Below, in pieces: positions 8,703 to 19,103 of a stretch of 64,000 nt of DNA; position 1 is the first letter of the stretch, and every line of letters begins with the position of its first letter. The stretch lies in assembly GCA_000146465.1 (NCBI GenBank), contig CP001943.1, one strand, 5' to 3'. Both the position numbers and the translations under genes were made by a program. The notes under the pieces are model-generated. The model was not told the origin of the DNA, searched no databases, and was given only the letters and a program-made list of their open reading frames with translations.

Positions 8703-10565
8703 ATGGAAAAGAAAGCCCTGAAAATGGATCAGAACAATAACATGAACAAGTTCTTCAACTCGTCGTTCTTTGCACAGACACCCCAGAAGGATAATAAGCC
8801 GGGGCAGTTTTCCGGGATACAGCAGCCTTCTATTTTTGGGCAAACACAGTCTGGGTTTAGCGGAGCCCAGAATCCTTTTCTCCAGGGATCCGGAGGGATG
8901 AAGAGTAACACGTTTGGGACTTCAACGCCGTTTGGAGGTACCTCTACATTTGGAGGAGCGACTTCTAACTCTGGGGGATTTGGACAGCCTTTTTCGACCC
9001 AACAGCCTTCAACTTCATTGACAAGATTTGGGACTGGAGGAACACTTGGAACAGGAAATAATATATTTGGAGGAACAGCTAACACAATAGGAACGAATCC
9101 AACGCAGTTTGGGGGATCGGGAAATACTTCTACCTTTGGGACTCAGCAGCAAGTCAATAATAACACCTTTGGGTCTGGAGTTCCAAATTCATTGCAGCCT
9201 TTTTCGATGGGGGCCTCAACAGCAACACAACCCAGCATATGGGGACAACAAACAACCTCTTACAATCCCTTTGGTAGTAGCCAAAACTCCTCTTTTTCTA
9301 ACGACAGAAGTAACGCCTTGGGAAAGGGATTTCCTGGGCTTGGTGGAGGGAATTCTGGAACCCGAGATCATCCCTACATGCAAAGGAAGATTAGGGAAGA
9401 TAATGGAGGAGAAGTTACCTTGATGCACATCAACGGTAACGAGGGTTACACACAAAAGTCTGTCGATGAACTTAGGGCAGAAGATTATATACTTGGAAGA
9501 AAGCCACCTACTGGAAGCAGCTTAGCAGAACCCAAGAGCATTCCAGGATTTGGATCGTCTTTTGGAGGTCCGGTGCCTTCCTCTATAGACAGTAAGCCTC
9601 AGAGTAGCAATATTTTTGGAGCTACTCCTTCAAACAATTCATTCCAGCCATTTATTTCAACAGGAAACTCAAAAGTCTTACAAGGGCCTACTAATCCAGG
9701 TTTTGGAAATACGGTTGCACAACAGCCATTTGCATCCCAAGCAATTTCTCAAAGTACGCCGAGCCAGCCCTTTGGAACAGCAGCACAAGCTCTTCCCTCA
9801 ACAAACTCAAATCCATTTCTTCAGACACCACAGCAACCTCAGTCATTGTTCGGATCTGCCGGAACATCCCCGCAAACGCCAGCTTCGGGTGGTCTCTCAT
9901 TTATGCAGCCACCCACGGCACCTGTGCAGCAGCCCTTTGGAGGTGGAATGGCCTCTCTTGGGACCTGTGGGCAACAGAATACACAGCAGACAAAAATAGA
10001 TCCATCTGATCCCTTTCTCTTGAAAGATATCAAGTTTGAGAAGACCGAGAAAGAACATCTTCCATTGAGCAAGGTGCTTCCAAAGCCTATGTTTAAGGAG
10101 GACTTAAAGCCACAGAAGATATCTCTGAAATTCCGCCCTCCAAAGCCTCCTGCAAAAGAGAAGATATATACTATTCCTCCGATAGAAGATATCAAGCACA
10201 TGAAGGAAGTTCACAATTTGATTATAGGATTTGAAGACAAGGGAAGGATAGAGTATCTTGACACAGTGAACGGATCCGATGTCACCATGGCGAATATCCA
10301 GTCCAAGATTTACTTCTCCAAGGAATCTGTTGTGGTCAACGATCCTGTTGGAGTGGGCCTTAATAGGAGAGCCCGTGTATATGTAGAAGGAGTGTTTCCA
10401 TATAGTAGAAGCTTAGGAGACTATGTTAGAGGTGAGCAGAAACAGTTTCCGCTAAAAGGAATCCAGGAAAGGTTTCTGTATGGTTTGAAGAATGACACGG
10501 TTAAGAAATTTGTTGGATATGAGTATGAAAGGGGGACATACGTCTACGATGTTAACCATTTCTGA
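8703..10565 (+). CDS. Nup98/Nup116/Nup145N-type FG nucleoporin with C-terminal autoproteolytic domain
   Basis: About 400 aa of FG/GLFG-like repeats (FGQ, FGT, FGG, FGS) followed by a conserved C-terminal domain. The protein ends exactly in ...YVYDVNHF; HF is the Nup98 autocleavage junction. Confidence 0.65.
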   Translation: MEKKALKMDQNNNMNKFFNSSFFAQTPQKDNKPGQFSGIQQPSIFGQTQSGFSGAQNPFLQGSGGMKSNTFGTSTPFGGTSTFGGATSNSGGFGQPFSTQQPSTSLTRFGTGGTLGTGNNIFGGTANTIGTNPTQFGGSGNTSTFGTQQQVNNNTFGSGVPNSLQPFSMGASTATQPSIWGQQTTSYNPFGSSQNSSFSNDRSNALGKGFPGLGGGNSGTRDHPYMQRKIREDNGGEVTLMHINGNEGYTQKSVDELRAEDYILGRKPPTGSSLAEPKSIPGFGSSFGGPVPSSIDSKPQSSNIFGATPSNNSFQPFISTGNSKVLQGPTNPGFGNTVAQQPFASQAISQSTPSQPFGTAAQALPSTNSNPFLQTPQQPQSLFGSAGTSPQTPASGGLSFMQPPTAPVQQPFGGGMASLGTCGQQNTQQTKIDPSDPFLLKDIKFEKTEKEHLPLSKVLPKPMFKEDLKPQKISLKFRPPKPPAKEKIYTIPPIEDIKHMKEVHNLIIGFEDKGRIEYLDTVNGSDVTMANIQSKIYFSKESVVVNDPVGVGLNRRARVYVEGVFPYSRSLGDYVRGEQKQFPLKGIQERFLYGLKNDTVKKFVGYEYERGTYVYDVNHF

Positions 10566-10653
10566 GAAATGGAATAACTTCTGAATTAAAGAACTAGTGG
10601 ATGTTTTTTGGTTATCGGACTGAAATCCGTATTTTGATATATCCCTACCTTAA

Positions 10654-12021
10654 ATGCAAGTAAGCTACATAGAAAAGGAGACTATCGATGAACTCCGGAT
10701 AAGCACAAGTATTGGAGATAAGATATTTTTCATCCGGGGAATGGAGTTGGTAAGCAAAAGCATCTATGCATATGACTCGGAGAAGATACACAAAACATTT
10801 GAAGACAGGGTGGACTATATTTGCTACTTTAACGAGATGATATTGGCTCTGTGTGGGAATATTCTATACAAACACAGAGTACTGGGAGAAGAGGTGATTT
10901 TGTGCGGTACTTGCCAACTGCTTGAGCCGCCCATCAAGATATGTGTGAGTGGAGGTCCGGAGGAAAAGGAGGGCTATGCAGTGTGTTTTCTGTATAGAAA
11001 CAAAAGAATTGAAGTTTTTAGCGATGATATCGAAAGGGTTGTTGTGCGCTGCAAAGGGGATGTCGCAAAGGAAGATGAAATAATAGACTTTGCCATTGAA
11101 GACGGGGTATCATGGTTTCTGTCGCAGTCAGGGAGGATTTATCGCACACACTCCTTTGTGATATCAAGAGTGGTTCTTCTGAATAGGCCTGTTCGAATGA
11201 TCCCAGAACCTTCCTACTTCGATGGCACCATTAATAAAATCCTGGCTAAGAGGGGAAGGCTGTATGTGTGTTATGAAGAGGGTTTTGAAGTGTACGACAT
11301 TGGAAAAGATGTTTTGGTGCTGAACTATACATATAAGACTCGTGACTTTGAACTTTATGCTTGGGAGAATGTCTATTGCTTAGAGTCAAATCTATTGATT
11401 GTCGATGAGATGCCGCGGGTGATTGCAAGTGTTCGTGTTCACAAGATGTTTGGAGACATTGGGATTTCAAGAGACAGAATCCTTTTTATTAAAAGGGTGG
11501 AGGAATGCAAAAGAGCTGATGTGAAGCTGCTGAAGGAAGAAGATGCAGATAAAAGAACAAAGGAGATGTTTAGAATAGTAGAAAACGACATCAAGATCCC
11601 CGAGATTGAACTTTCGGAAAATGGAAGGGAAGTTTCTGAAAAAGGTTTTCTCATTGTACAGAAGATGATTAATGAGTTTGAGAGCAAGATCCTAGATGTA
11701 TACAGAAGAATTTACTTTGAGCTTGTGACGCTTAATGAGAGCTTTGGAGAGAAGATAACAGGGCTGAATGCCGAGAATGATTTAATACTCAGGAAGGTAG
11801 AGGTTCTTGACAGAAGAAAGAATGATCTTGTGGAGCGTCTTCAAAAGCTCAGCGAGAAAATGGAGGATGTTGTATCCAGGATCCAAATAGATGGAAGCAA
11901 GACGAGGCGTTTGGCCAAGATGGTTGACAAGGCAATTGATGAAATTTCTTACAAGAAATATGAAAAGTATTCGAGAATCCTTAAGTTACAAAGGGAGGTG
12001 TTGAACAGGAAGATGGTTTAA
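10654..12021 (+). CDS. Hypothetical protein: beta-rich N-terminal domain plus C-terminal coiled coil (possible Nup82/Nup88-like)
   Basis: About 280 aa predicted beta-rich region, then about 170 aa heptad-rich region (KLLKEEDADKRTKEMFRIVEND...). Architecture and adjacency to the Nup98-type gene suggest Nup82/88. Inference only. Confidence 0.4.
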   Translation: MQVSYIEKETIDELRISTSIGDKIFFIRGMELVSKSIYAYDSEKIHKTFEDRVDYICYFNEMILALCGNILYKHRVLGEEVILCGTCQLLEPPIKICVSGGPEEKEGYAVCFLYRNKRIEVFSDDIERVVVRCKGDVAKEDEIIDFAIEDGVSWFLSQSGRIYRTHSFVISRVVLLNRPVRMIPEPSYFDGTINKILAKRGRLYVCYEEGFEVYDIGKDVLVLNYTYKTRDFELYAWENVYCLESNLLIVDEMPRVIASVRVHKMFGDIGISRDRILFIKRVEECKRADVKLLKEEDADKRTKEMFRIVENDIKIPEIELSENGREVSEKGFLIVQKMINEFESKILDVYRRIYFELVTLNESFGEKITGLNAENDLILRKVEVLDRRKNDLVERLQKLSEKMEDVVSRIQIDGSKTRRLAKMVDKAIDEISYKKYEKYSRILKLQREVLNRKMV

Positions 12022-12166
12022 AATACACAAGGGCTTACCAAGGGCGATGATAAGTTGTGTTGGGGACCGCTCCATTGAAATTTCTTTGCAGAAACAGTTT
12101 TATGCAATCAGAGATGAAGGAGCCAATCCTAAATAAAATATTTTTGGCTTTTAAAACCCATCAAAT

Positions 12167-14524
12167 ATGCAAACAATAAGGATTCTGCCGAATATAAAGT
12201 CTCTTCTCAAGGATGGAAAGGTGTCTGAGGCAATTGATGTTATAAATATGCATGTGGATGTGGTAGCTCCGTACATAAAAGACGATCTTCAGTACATCAA
12301 ATCTGATGATCCGAAGACAAGCCTGTGCCTGAGCAAGATCTATTTTGTTCTTGGGGATTACCAAAAAGCTATAGAGTATGCACTCCTCTCTGGAGACCTC
12401 CTAGTTGATGACGGGTCATTCTACTATACTTCGATAGTCTATCACATGATGGATTCGGCAGATATGAGCAAAGACAGCAGAGCCCGAGATTTTGTTCTTC
12501 GAGCCATAAGCTCGGAGACTGTGGATGGCTCTCTTATTGGATATTTATTTTCTGTAAAGGAATATGCACTACTCAAGGAAGCACTTGTGAAATACATAGA
12601 TGGAGGAAATGATTATAAAAGGCTTCTTGATCTTCTTATATCTCTTGGGGAGGAGAAAGGATGTCTAAAGGAGATATATGGGATGATTACAGAGATTGGC
12701 CCAAGAGGTAAACCATTTCTTTTTTATGTTATAGATGCCTACTTCTATCTTGAGGAAATAGAAAAGGTCAAGGAGCTGATTGAAAGACTTACGAAGGAAG
12801 ACATTCTTCTGTGTTATGAGGTTGCATTCTACACTGAGGACAACTATAGCCCAGAGATTGAGGTGTCCAACCAAAAAGTCATGTCAATACTCAGTGGAGA
12901 ATTCAAGAAAAAAATCCTTGGGGAGTTTCTCCTTGAAAGGAATCTCACAAGCTTCAAGTTTCTTGAATCTATAGCAAGAACCAGGACTCACTATCTGGGG
13001 CTGGCCAATTCCTTGATGAACTTGGGAACCTCTAATGATACGTTCTACAGAAGTAACGCAGATATTTTCAGCCAGTCGAATGAGTGGGCAAAGTTTTGTG
13101 AGGTTTCCAGCATTGGAATGATTCATCTATTCAATTCAAATCCATATGAAATCCTTAAAAACTATTTGCCTAGCGAGGTCAGCCAGAAGGAAGGAGGAGC
13201 CCTGATGGCCCTAGGTCTTATAAAGGCAGGAACATTCAGTGAAGAAGACACCGAGTATCTTCTCTATTTTTTGGACACGCAGGACACTCTTACGCCCGAG
13301 CTAGCGTATGGTGTATGCTTAGGCCTCGGACTTATCAATATGGGATCGACCAACAGCGAGATCTTAGGGAAACTCAAGGAACTTTCAAAAGTTGACCGGA
13401 CGTTGTTAGTGGAAGCTTCTGTGTATGGAATAGGGATGCTTGGACTCAACTCATGGAATGTTGAGATTCTGGAGGATTTAAGGGCAATAGCTGGGGAAAC
13501 AGAGTTCGAACGTGTGAAGAGAGCTGTCGGCATTTCCTTTTCATTGGTTTTGATGTTCAGTGAAGAGATGTTCTATGATGAAGATGCAGAAACAGACGGA
13601 GATTTCAAGAATTACATAAATGAGTTTCTTTCCGAAAAGGACTCTATTATGAGGGCAAGCGGGGTTCTTTCTCTTGGGTCTTCATTCGTCGGGACAGGAA
13701 GGCTTAGTGTGATTTCAACACTTCTTCCATACATCAACGACGGAGATGACGATGTCAAGAGAGCTGCAGTGATAGCCATAGGACTTGTATGTTGCGACGA
13801 CAGGGACCTTCTTGTAGGAACCTTGGAGCCTCTTTCGGAAAACCACAACTTCTTTGTAAGAGCAGCTGTGGCTGTGGTTCTTGGATTATTCCTTTCTGGA
13901 ACAGGAGACGAAGTTTGCACCAACATTCTAGAAGCACTCATGTATGACTCCAACAACCTTGTCAGGCAGTCGGCTTGCATTGGGATTGGGTTTATTACCA
14001 TGCAGTGCAATCCTACGCTCATTCCGAATTATAAGCGTATCATCGAAAGATTGAACAAGCTGGTAGTTGACAAGAAGGAGAGCGGAGCAGTGGAATTAGG
14101 AGCGGTATTTGGCAGGGGGCTAAGCGAGGCAGGGGGAAGAAACATAATCTTTTCAATAAGAAACATGTCTGGAATTACATCGGCCGACAGGATTGCAGGT
14201 GCAATTCTGTTCTTACACTACTGGTATTGGTATCCTCTTATAAGTATGGTATCCTTGTGTGCTCTTCCAACTGCAGTTTTCTGCTTCAACGAGGATCTTG
14301 AGGAGGAGGAAATCGAAATTCCAACATCCAACCGATATGACAACCTTCTTATACGCCTCCCAGATATCAAGAAGACAAGAAGGTTCAAGCAGAGACCTAA
14401 GGAAGACAAGGAAGTCGTTACAGAATCCCCTTCGGTGCTAACCTCGGGAAGTAGGTGCACCATTAAGCAAAGGGAAGAATGCGGTCTTGATTCTCCTGCA
14501 ATCCTTTTTGTGAAGAAGAAATAA
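12167..14524 (+). CDS. RPN2: 26S proteasome regulatory subunit Rpn2 (PSMD1), PC repeats
   Basis: N-terminus (LSKIYFVLGDYQKAIEYALLSGDLLVDDGSFYYTSIV) matches PSMD1 ([24 protein letters not shown]...). Internal repeated G..ALGLI.AG / AVIAIGLV PC-repeat motifs. Confidence 0.65.
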   Translation: MQTIRILPNIKSLLKDGKVSEAIDVINMHVDVVAPYIKDDLQYIKSDDPKTSLCLSKIYFVLGDYQKAIEYALLSGDLLVDDGSFYYTSIVYHMMDSADMSKDSRARDFVLRAISSETVDGSLIGYLFSVKEYALLKEALVKYIDGGNDYKRLLDLLISLGEEKGCLKEIYGMITEIGPRGKPFLFYVIDAYFYLEEIEKVKELIERLTKEDILLCYEVAFYTEDNYSPEIEVSNQKVMSILSGEFKKKILGEFLLERNLTSFKFLESIARTRTHYLGLANSLMNLGTSNDTFYRSNADIFSQSNEWAKFCEVSSIGMIHLFNSNPYEILKNYLPSEVSQKEGGALMALGLIKAGTFSEEDTEYLLYFLDTQDTLTPELAYGVCLGLGLINMGSTNSEILGKLKELSKVDRTLLVEASVYGIGMLGLNSWNVEILEDLRAIAGETEFERVKRAVGISFSLVLMFSEEMFYDEDAETDGDFKNYINEFLSEKDSIMRASGVLSLGSSFVGTGRLSVISTLLPYINDGDDDVKRAAVIAIGLVCCDDRDLLVGTLEPLSENHNFFVRAAVAVVLGLFLSGTGDEVCTNILEALMYDSNNLVRQSACIGIGFITMQCNPTLIPNYKRIIERLNKLVVDKKESGAVELGAVFGRGLSEAGGRNIIFSIRNMSGITSADRIAGAILFLHYWYWYPLISMVSLCALPTAVFCFNEDLEEEEIEIPTSNRYDNLLIRLPDIKKTRRFKQRPKEDKEVVTESPSVLTSGSRCTIKQREECGLDSPAILFVKKK

Positions 14525-14609
14525 ATCATAGTTTTGGAAATAGAAAATCCCTGTATTGTTTAGAATCCTCAAGAGTACATTTATTTTCTTCTAAGAAGTA
14601 TTTGCTATC

Positions 14610-14948
14610 TTATCCATCTTGTCCTTGGAGTCCTTCGTCTAGATCTGTGGAAAAAGAAACCACTTCACCTGGCTCATAAGGAGGTAATCCCAGAGAAGGG
14701 CATCCACTGCATCGGAATGCATCCCCTTTGTAGCAATTTCCGCAAGCAGACCTCACCTCAACTTCCTGTTTTTCTTTTAAGCCGCAAGTACAGTCTTTGC
14801 ATGCCCTCTTTTTTGCAGGCGTTCTCAAAGTTTTCGTTTCGGCTTTATCTTCATCAGTTAGATATTCATCTGATATCTTTACTCTTGGATCGGTGTTTTT
14901 TCTTATTGTGCTTCTCAGCAGCTTTCTTAGTTCTTCCTTGTCTTCCAT
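14610..14948 (-). CDS. DRE2: Dre2/anamorsin (CIAPIN1) Fe-S assembly protein, C-terminal Cys-rich domain
   Basis: CKDCTCG...[27 protein letters not shown] matches the CIAPIN1 twin-Cys motifs ([27 protein letters not shown]). Confidence 0.6.
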   Translation of the reverse strand: MEDKEELRKLLRSTIRKNTDPRVKISDEYLTDEDKAETKTLRTPAKKRACKDCTCGLKEKQEVEVRSACGNCYKGDAFRCSGCPSLGLPPYEPGEVVSFSTDLDEGLQGQDG

Positions 14949-14967
14949 TTGGGGCCTTGGGTCCAGC

Positions 14968-15552
14968 TCAATTAAAATCTCTGCTCTTGATGTGCTCCTC
15001 TCCTAATCTATACCATGCCTCGAGAATTAGTGGGTGCTCAAAATCCACCTGCTCCCTCAAAGCTGAGAGATCCTTTTCCATCTTTGACAGCACCTCTTGG
15101 TCCACACTTCCAAGCTCTCCTTCCTCAAACCCTCTATCTATCCATAGGTTGTTCATTTCGTTTATTCTCTCTTTCAACTCCTCGTTCTCTCTTACCAGTC
15201 TTTCATTTTCTTCTTTTAATTGCCCTACATCCACTTCCCCAGTGTTGCTAAAGAACAATCCTTCAAAAAACCTTTCGAGGTCCGAATCAACCTCTGGGCT
15301 TCCGTATTTCTTTATATACAAAAACAGAGCTAGTCCATGTATCTCATTGATGCTATAAGTCCTGGATGGTATGTTGATTCCATAAGTTTCAAGGTAATGA
15401 GCTTCTAGCGCTTTCTCCATGTTTTTATAAAACAATATCCTGCAGCCCGAGACTTCGAAGGGGATTCCCACCTCTTCCAGAAGATGGGCAATGTCTTCCA
15501 GGGACAAAGTGCTCTTCTTCAGAATTTTCTTCAGAAATTGGCTAATTTCCAT
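14968..15552 (-). CDS. Hypothetical coiled-coil protein (194 aa)
   Basis: Clean ORF 19 nt upstream of DRE2. Central heptad region ([19 protein letters not shown]). No family call. Confidence 0.35.
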   Translation of the reverse strand: MEISQFLKKILKKSTLSLEDIAHLLEEVGIPFEVSGCRILFYKNMEKALEAHYLETYGINIPSRTYSINEIHGLALFLYIKKYGSPEVDSDLERFFEGLFFSNTGEVDVGQLKEENERLVRENEELKERINEMNNLWIDRGFEEGELGSVDQEVLSKMEKDLSALREQVDFEHPLILEAWYRLGEEHIKSRDFN

Positions 15553-15629
15553 TGTTTTGCCAGGGGAGGTGTCTAAGGACTATTATTGATGGATCAAACC
15601 GATGTCAAGGCTCACCCTTAAAGGCCTAG

Positions 15630-17378
15630 ATGGAAGGGATCTTCAATAGTAAGGATCTTTACGAATACCTCGAGGAGCAAAAGCATTCGGGAATATCAAA
15701 GACCAGAAGGATATCCTTGTACTACAAGGCAACATCGAAAAGTGTGGGAGACGACGAATACTCATTGAGGATATGGCTGGATTACATCCAATTGCTTATG
15801 GATGGAACAAAAGATACAACAGAGGCCAGGGAGACATTTAAGATGATAAAGATGAGATTTTGTAAGTTCTACAACTATTGGGAAGCTTACATCCGATTTG
15901 AGATAGAGACAGGAAACGAAAATCTCGGGAAGATTTTGCAGCACAGCATCGATTTTGTTAAAGTGAAAGAGTTTCCCGAAAAGAAAAATGTGCTGGATTA
16001 TTTGGAGTGTGTGATATCTTATGTCCGTAATCAGCAAGACTTGTCTGTATTCTGCAGAAGCCCAGAGAAAAGTCTTGATGCAGACGGAAGGTTCACCAGT
16101 CTTTTTGAGACCCAAATGGGAGACCGTGGAGGCAAGATTTTGAAGAAGGATCAGAAAGAGCCCAGGTATGAGTATGAAGGAGGGAGAGGGCTCTTTCCAA
16201 GAAACGATGATATTTACTCTACGCCTGGAGAATGTAAAGAAAACCTGAGCAATAGAAGCAAGACTGACAGTAGTAGCCAGACATTGCTCTCCAGCTTGGA
16301 TACAAAGACTGGAAATCACGGTAGTTCATTCTTTGGGACAATACCTGTTAGATTTGAGAAGGAGGATTACTCCCAGGGAATAACTGCAGAGATAAATGCA
16401 GCTTTGGGAAAAGCAGGTTCGGAGGAAAGCAGCTCATCTCCTCGATCGGGAACGATAAGAGCCAGGGAGAAGATATCTGTTAAAGGGAAGGATATTGAAA
16501 TACTTAAGCAAATAGGAAAGGGAGGAAGTAGCAAGGTGTACAAAATTCTCCTGGGAAACAGTGTGTACGCTTTGAAAAGAGTCGAACTTGTTGGAGACGA
16601 AAAGATGCTTAACTCCTATATCAACGAGATAAATCTACTTTACAAGTTCAAGGGGGCGCCGGAGATAGTTGAGATCATAGACCATGAGGTAAATGAGGAC
16701 TATCTACACATTCTACTGGAATATGGAGAAACCGATTTATCCCAAATCATAAAAAGAGGAAACCTAAGCATAAACTTCATTAAGGATGTGTGGGAGCAGA
16801 TGCTCCTGATAGTGAAGAGGGTTCACATGGAAAGAATCATTCATTGCGATCTTAAGCCTGCAAACTTCTTGTTTGTCAAAGGACGTGTCAAGCTCATAGA
16901 CTTCGGGATATCCAAGGTCATAAGAAACGACACCACCAGCATTCTCTCTGAAGAGCAATGTGGAACAGTAAACTACATGTCTCCAGAAGCAGTTACGCAA
17001 AACAAATCAAAGGTAGCCCGAAGCTCGGACATTTGGTCTCTAGGATGCATACTGTATGAAATGGTTCATTCGAAGCCTCCGTTGCATGAATATCCTAATT
17101 TGATCCAAAAGATCCAGAAACTGCAAGAGTACTCGGAATTCAAATATTCAAGTGAGAATAAACTTGCCGTCATGGTTATGAAGGAGTGTCTTGTCCGAGA
17201 TCCAAAAAAAAGGCCAACCATAGACAATCTTCTTAACCACAGGTTCCTCACCGGGGAAATCCATCTAGAGCCGCTCCGAGAGCTGGTAACAAAAATCCTT
17301 AGAATCAGTGGAAAGGACAAGGCTGACCCAGCATATGTTGACAAGATAACTGAGCAGCTTTGGAATGACCATGGATAA
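15630..17378 (+). CDS. MPS1: Mps1/TTK dual-specificity spindle-checkpoint kinase
   Basis: C-terminal kinase domain: [17 protein letters not shown]...[30 protein letters not shown] and [10 protein letters not shown] reproduce Mps1-specific motifs ([36 protein letters not shown]). Helical N-terminal half. An AATAAA lies downstream at about 17427. Confidence 0.65.
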   Translation: [582 protein letters not shown]

Positions 17379-17461
17379 TGAAAGACATTAAGACAAAGCC
17401 TATCACCGCACAAGTAAGTATACTGGAAACCATAATAAAGTGTTTTTAATCACCGGGATTA

Positions 17462-18916
17462 TTATCTTCTTGTAGGGAGGATATCATCGATCTTCAATAT
17501 CATAGAGACAGTCTCTATTGCCAAAGTGACAATACTAATGCTTACTTTTGCCGGTTGGACTACAGAATCTTCTTTGACCATGTCTCCTGCATGGCCACTT
17601 CTAACACTAATTCCTGCACAGTCATTCTGCTTTAGCTCGCTTCTTAGCTCGGAAACTATTTCCACAGGATAAAGCCCAGCATTTCTTGCAAGGAAGTAAG
17701 GGACTCCCTCAAACGCCTTTGCTATCTCTCTTAGCACATAGACATTCCCTTCTGTGGATTCCGAGAGCATCAATGAAATTCCCATCTCAACAGACCCTCC
17801 TCCCGGAACTAGGAATGGAAGCTCCTCAAGGCATTTCACAACACATAGTGCATCATTTAAGGATCTTTCTGCCTCTTCGACAACCATATCGTCGCATCCT
17901 CTTAGCAGTATGGTGCATCCATGTTCCTTGATCTCCAGCATTCCTTCCACCTCTCCAATATCGACATCAACCAGAGAGCCCGGGTTTAACAAATCTATTT
18001 CAGAAACAGGCTGGATCCCTATTGTACTGCAGATGTAGTCTACGTCCTTTCTGTCGACAGAATTAACTACAAGAATATTCAATTGCTTAAGGAAGTGGCT
18101 AGCAAGGTCGCTTAAAGATTCCCTTAATATGCTCTTTTGGATCACCAGAAGAGTACACCCGCTTTTCTTTATCTTTTTACACATCTCTAGAATGTATTTT
18201 CTTTCGTCCTGAATAATCTTTTCCATCAATGCAGGGTCGTTGACCAGAATCTTGCTGTCCATATTGGTCTTTGGAGCACTCAGGCAAAACTGAGCAACTC
18301 CTAGCTTTGCCTTCTTTGGAATCTCCTTGAAGTCGCATTCCAGCAAGATGCTTTTGTATGCCTTCACATCGTCCAAGCCTCCCCCCGTCCTCTTGACAAC
18401 CCGGATCTTCCTCTTATCTCCATTGACATACTCCATTCCCTTGATGGCTGCTTCTGCCATCTCTCCCGTAGAAGATGCTATTTTTGAGCATAGTGCTGTC
18501 GAAACATTGTTAATAAAATCTCTTCTGTCGCATTCCATCTTTACCTTGTCAATGTATTTGAGGCCAATCTTCTTTGAAATCTCCAGGTTGTCGCAAATAA
18601 CAGAAGGGTGAACATTCCTTTCAACTAGGTTGCTGACACTCTCCAGTAAACACCCTGCAAGAATAACAACACTCGTTGTTCCATCTCCGCATTCCTCATC
18701 CTGTGCTGCAGACATATTCGATAGAATCCCGTGGATCGGATGCTGATTCAAGTACTTCAGAATAGTAGCCCCGTCATTGGTCACAACTGTCTTCTTGTCC
18801 TTCACTATCATCTTGTCTAACCCTCTAGGTCCAAGAGAGGTCGAGAGAGTCTGGAGAAGGGACTGGGACGCCTGGAATATGGATGTCCTGACCTGATTGA
18901 GTCTTTCTGTAGCCAT
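17462..18916 (-). CDS. CCT: T-complex protein 1 (CCT/TRiC) chaperonin subunit
   Basis: Group II chaperonin motifs LGPRGLDKMIV and the ATP-binding GDGTTSVV. The subunit cannot be assigned by eye. Confidence 0.7.
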   Translation of the reverse strand: MATERLNQVRTSIFQASQSLLQTLSTSLGPRGLDKMIVKDKKTVVTNDGATILKYLNQHPIHGILSNMSAAQDEECGDGTTSVVILAGCLLESVSNLVERNVHPSVICDNLEISKKIGLKYIDKVKMECDRRDFINNVSTALCSKIASSTGEMAEAAIKGMEYVNGDKRKIRVVKRTGGGLDDVKAYKSILLECDFKEIPKKAKLGVAQFCLSAPKTNMDSKILVNDPALMEKIIQDERKYILEMCKKIKKSGCTLLVIQKSILRESLSDLASHFLKQLNILVVNSVDRKDVDYICSTIGIQPVSEIDLLNPGSLVDVDIGEVEGMLEIKEHGCTILLRGCDDMVVEEAERSLNDALCVVKCLEELPFLVPGGGSVEMGISLMLSESTEGNVYVLREIAKAFEGVPYFLARNAGLYPVEIVSELRSELKQNDCAGISVRSGHAGDMVKEDSVVQPAKVSISIVTLAIETVSMILKIDDILPTRR

Positions 18917-18966
18917 TGGGGATCAAAATTTTTCTCTATTCATGTAAAACGTATCCAAAATAATAT

Positions 18967-19048
18967 CGATAGTGACAGGATTCGAACCTGTGGGGACAGA
19001 GTCCATCGATTTCGAATCGATTGCCTTAGACCACTCGGCCACACTACC
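18967..19048 (-). tRNA. tRNA-Ser (anticodon CGA), type II with long variable arm
   Basis: Reverse complement GGTAGTG-TG-GCCGAGTGGTCTAAGGC-A-ATCGA-TTCGAAA-TCGAT-GGACTCTGTCCCC-ACAGGTTCGAATCCTGT-CACTATC-G. A 7-bp acceptor stem with one G-U, a TTCGAAT T-loop, and anticodon loop UUCGAAA. Confidence 0.8.
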
Positions 19049-19103
19049 TTCTAGATCCCCGTCTCCGGGACCCATCATTATACCTTCCCCCTTTGCCCCA
19101 TAA

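Noticed and set aside
8860-9450. Nucleotide-level repetitiveness (repeated TTTGG/GGAAC motifs) looked like a tandem or simple-sequence repeat.
   Set aside because: It is the coding sequence of degenerate FG repeats within one ORF, with no unit periodicity at the DNA level beyond codon reuse.
17403-17461. GTAAGTATACTGG...TCTTCTTGTAG between Mps1 and the CCT gene as a possible intron.
   Set aside because: It lies in the 3' flank of two convergent genes with nothing to splice to. It contains the AATAAA of the Mps1 3' end instead.
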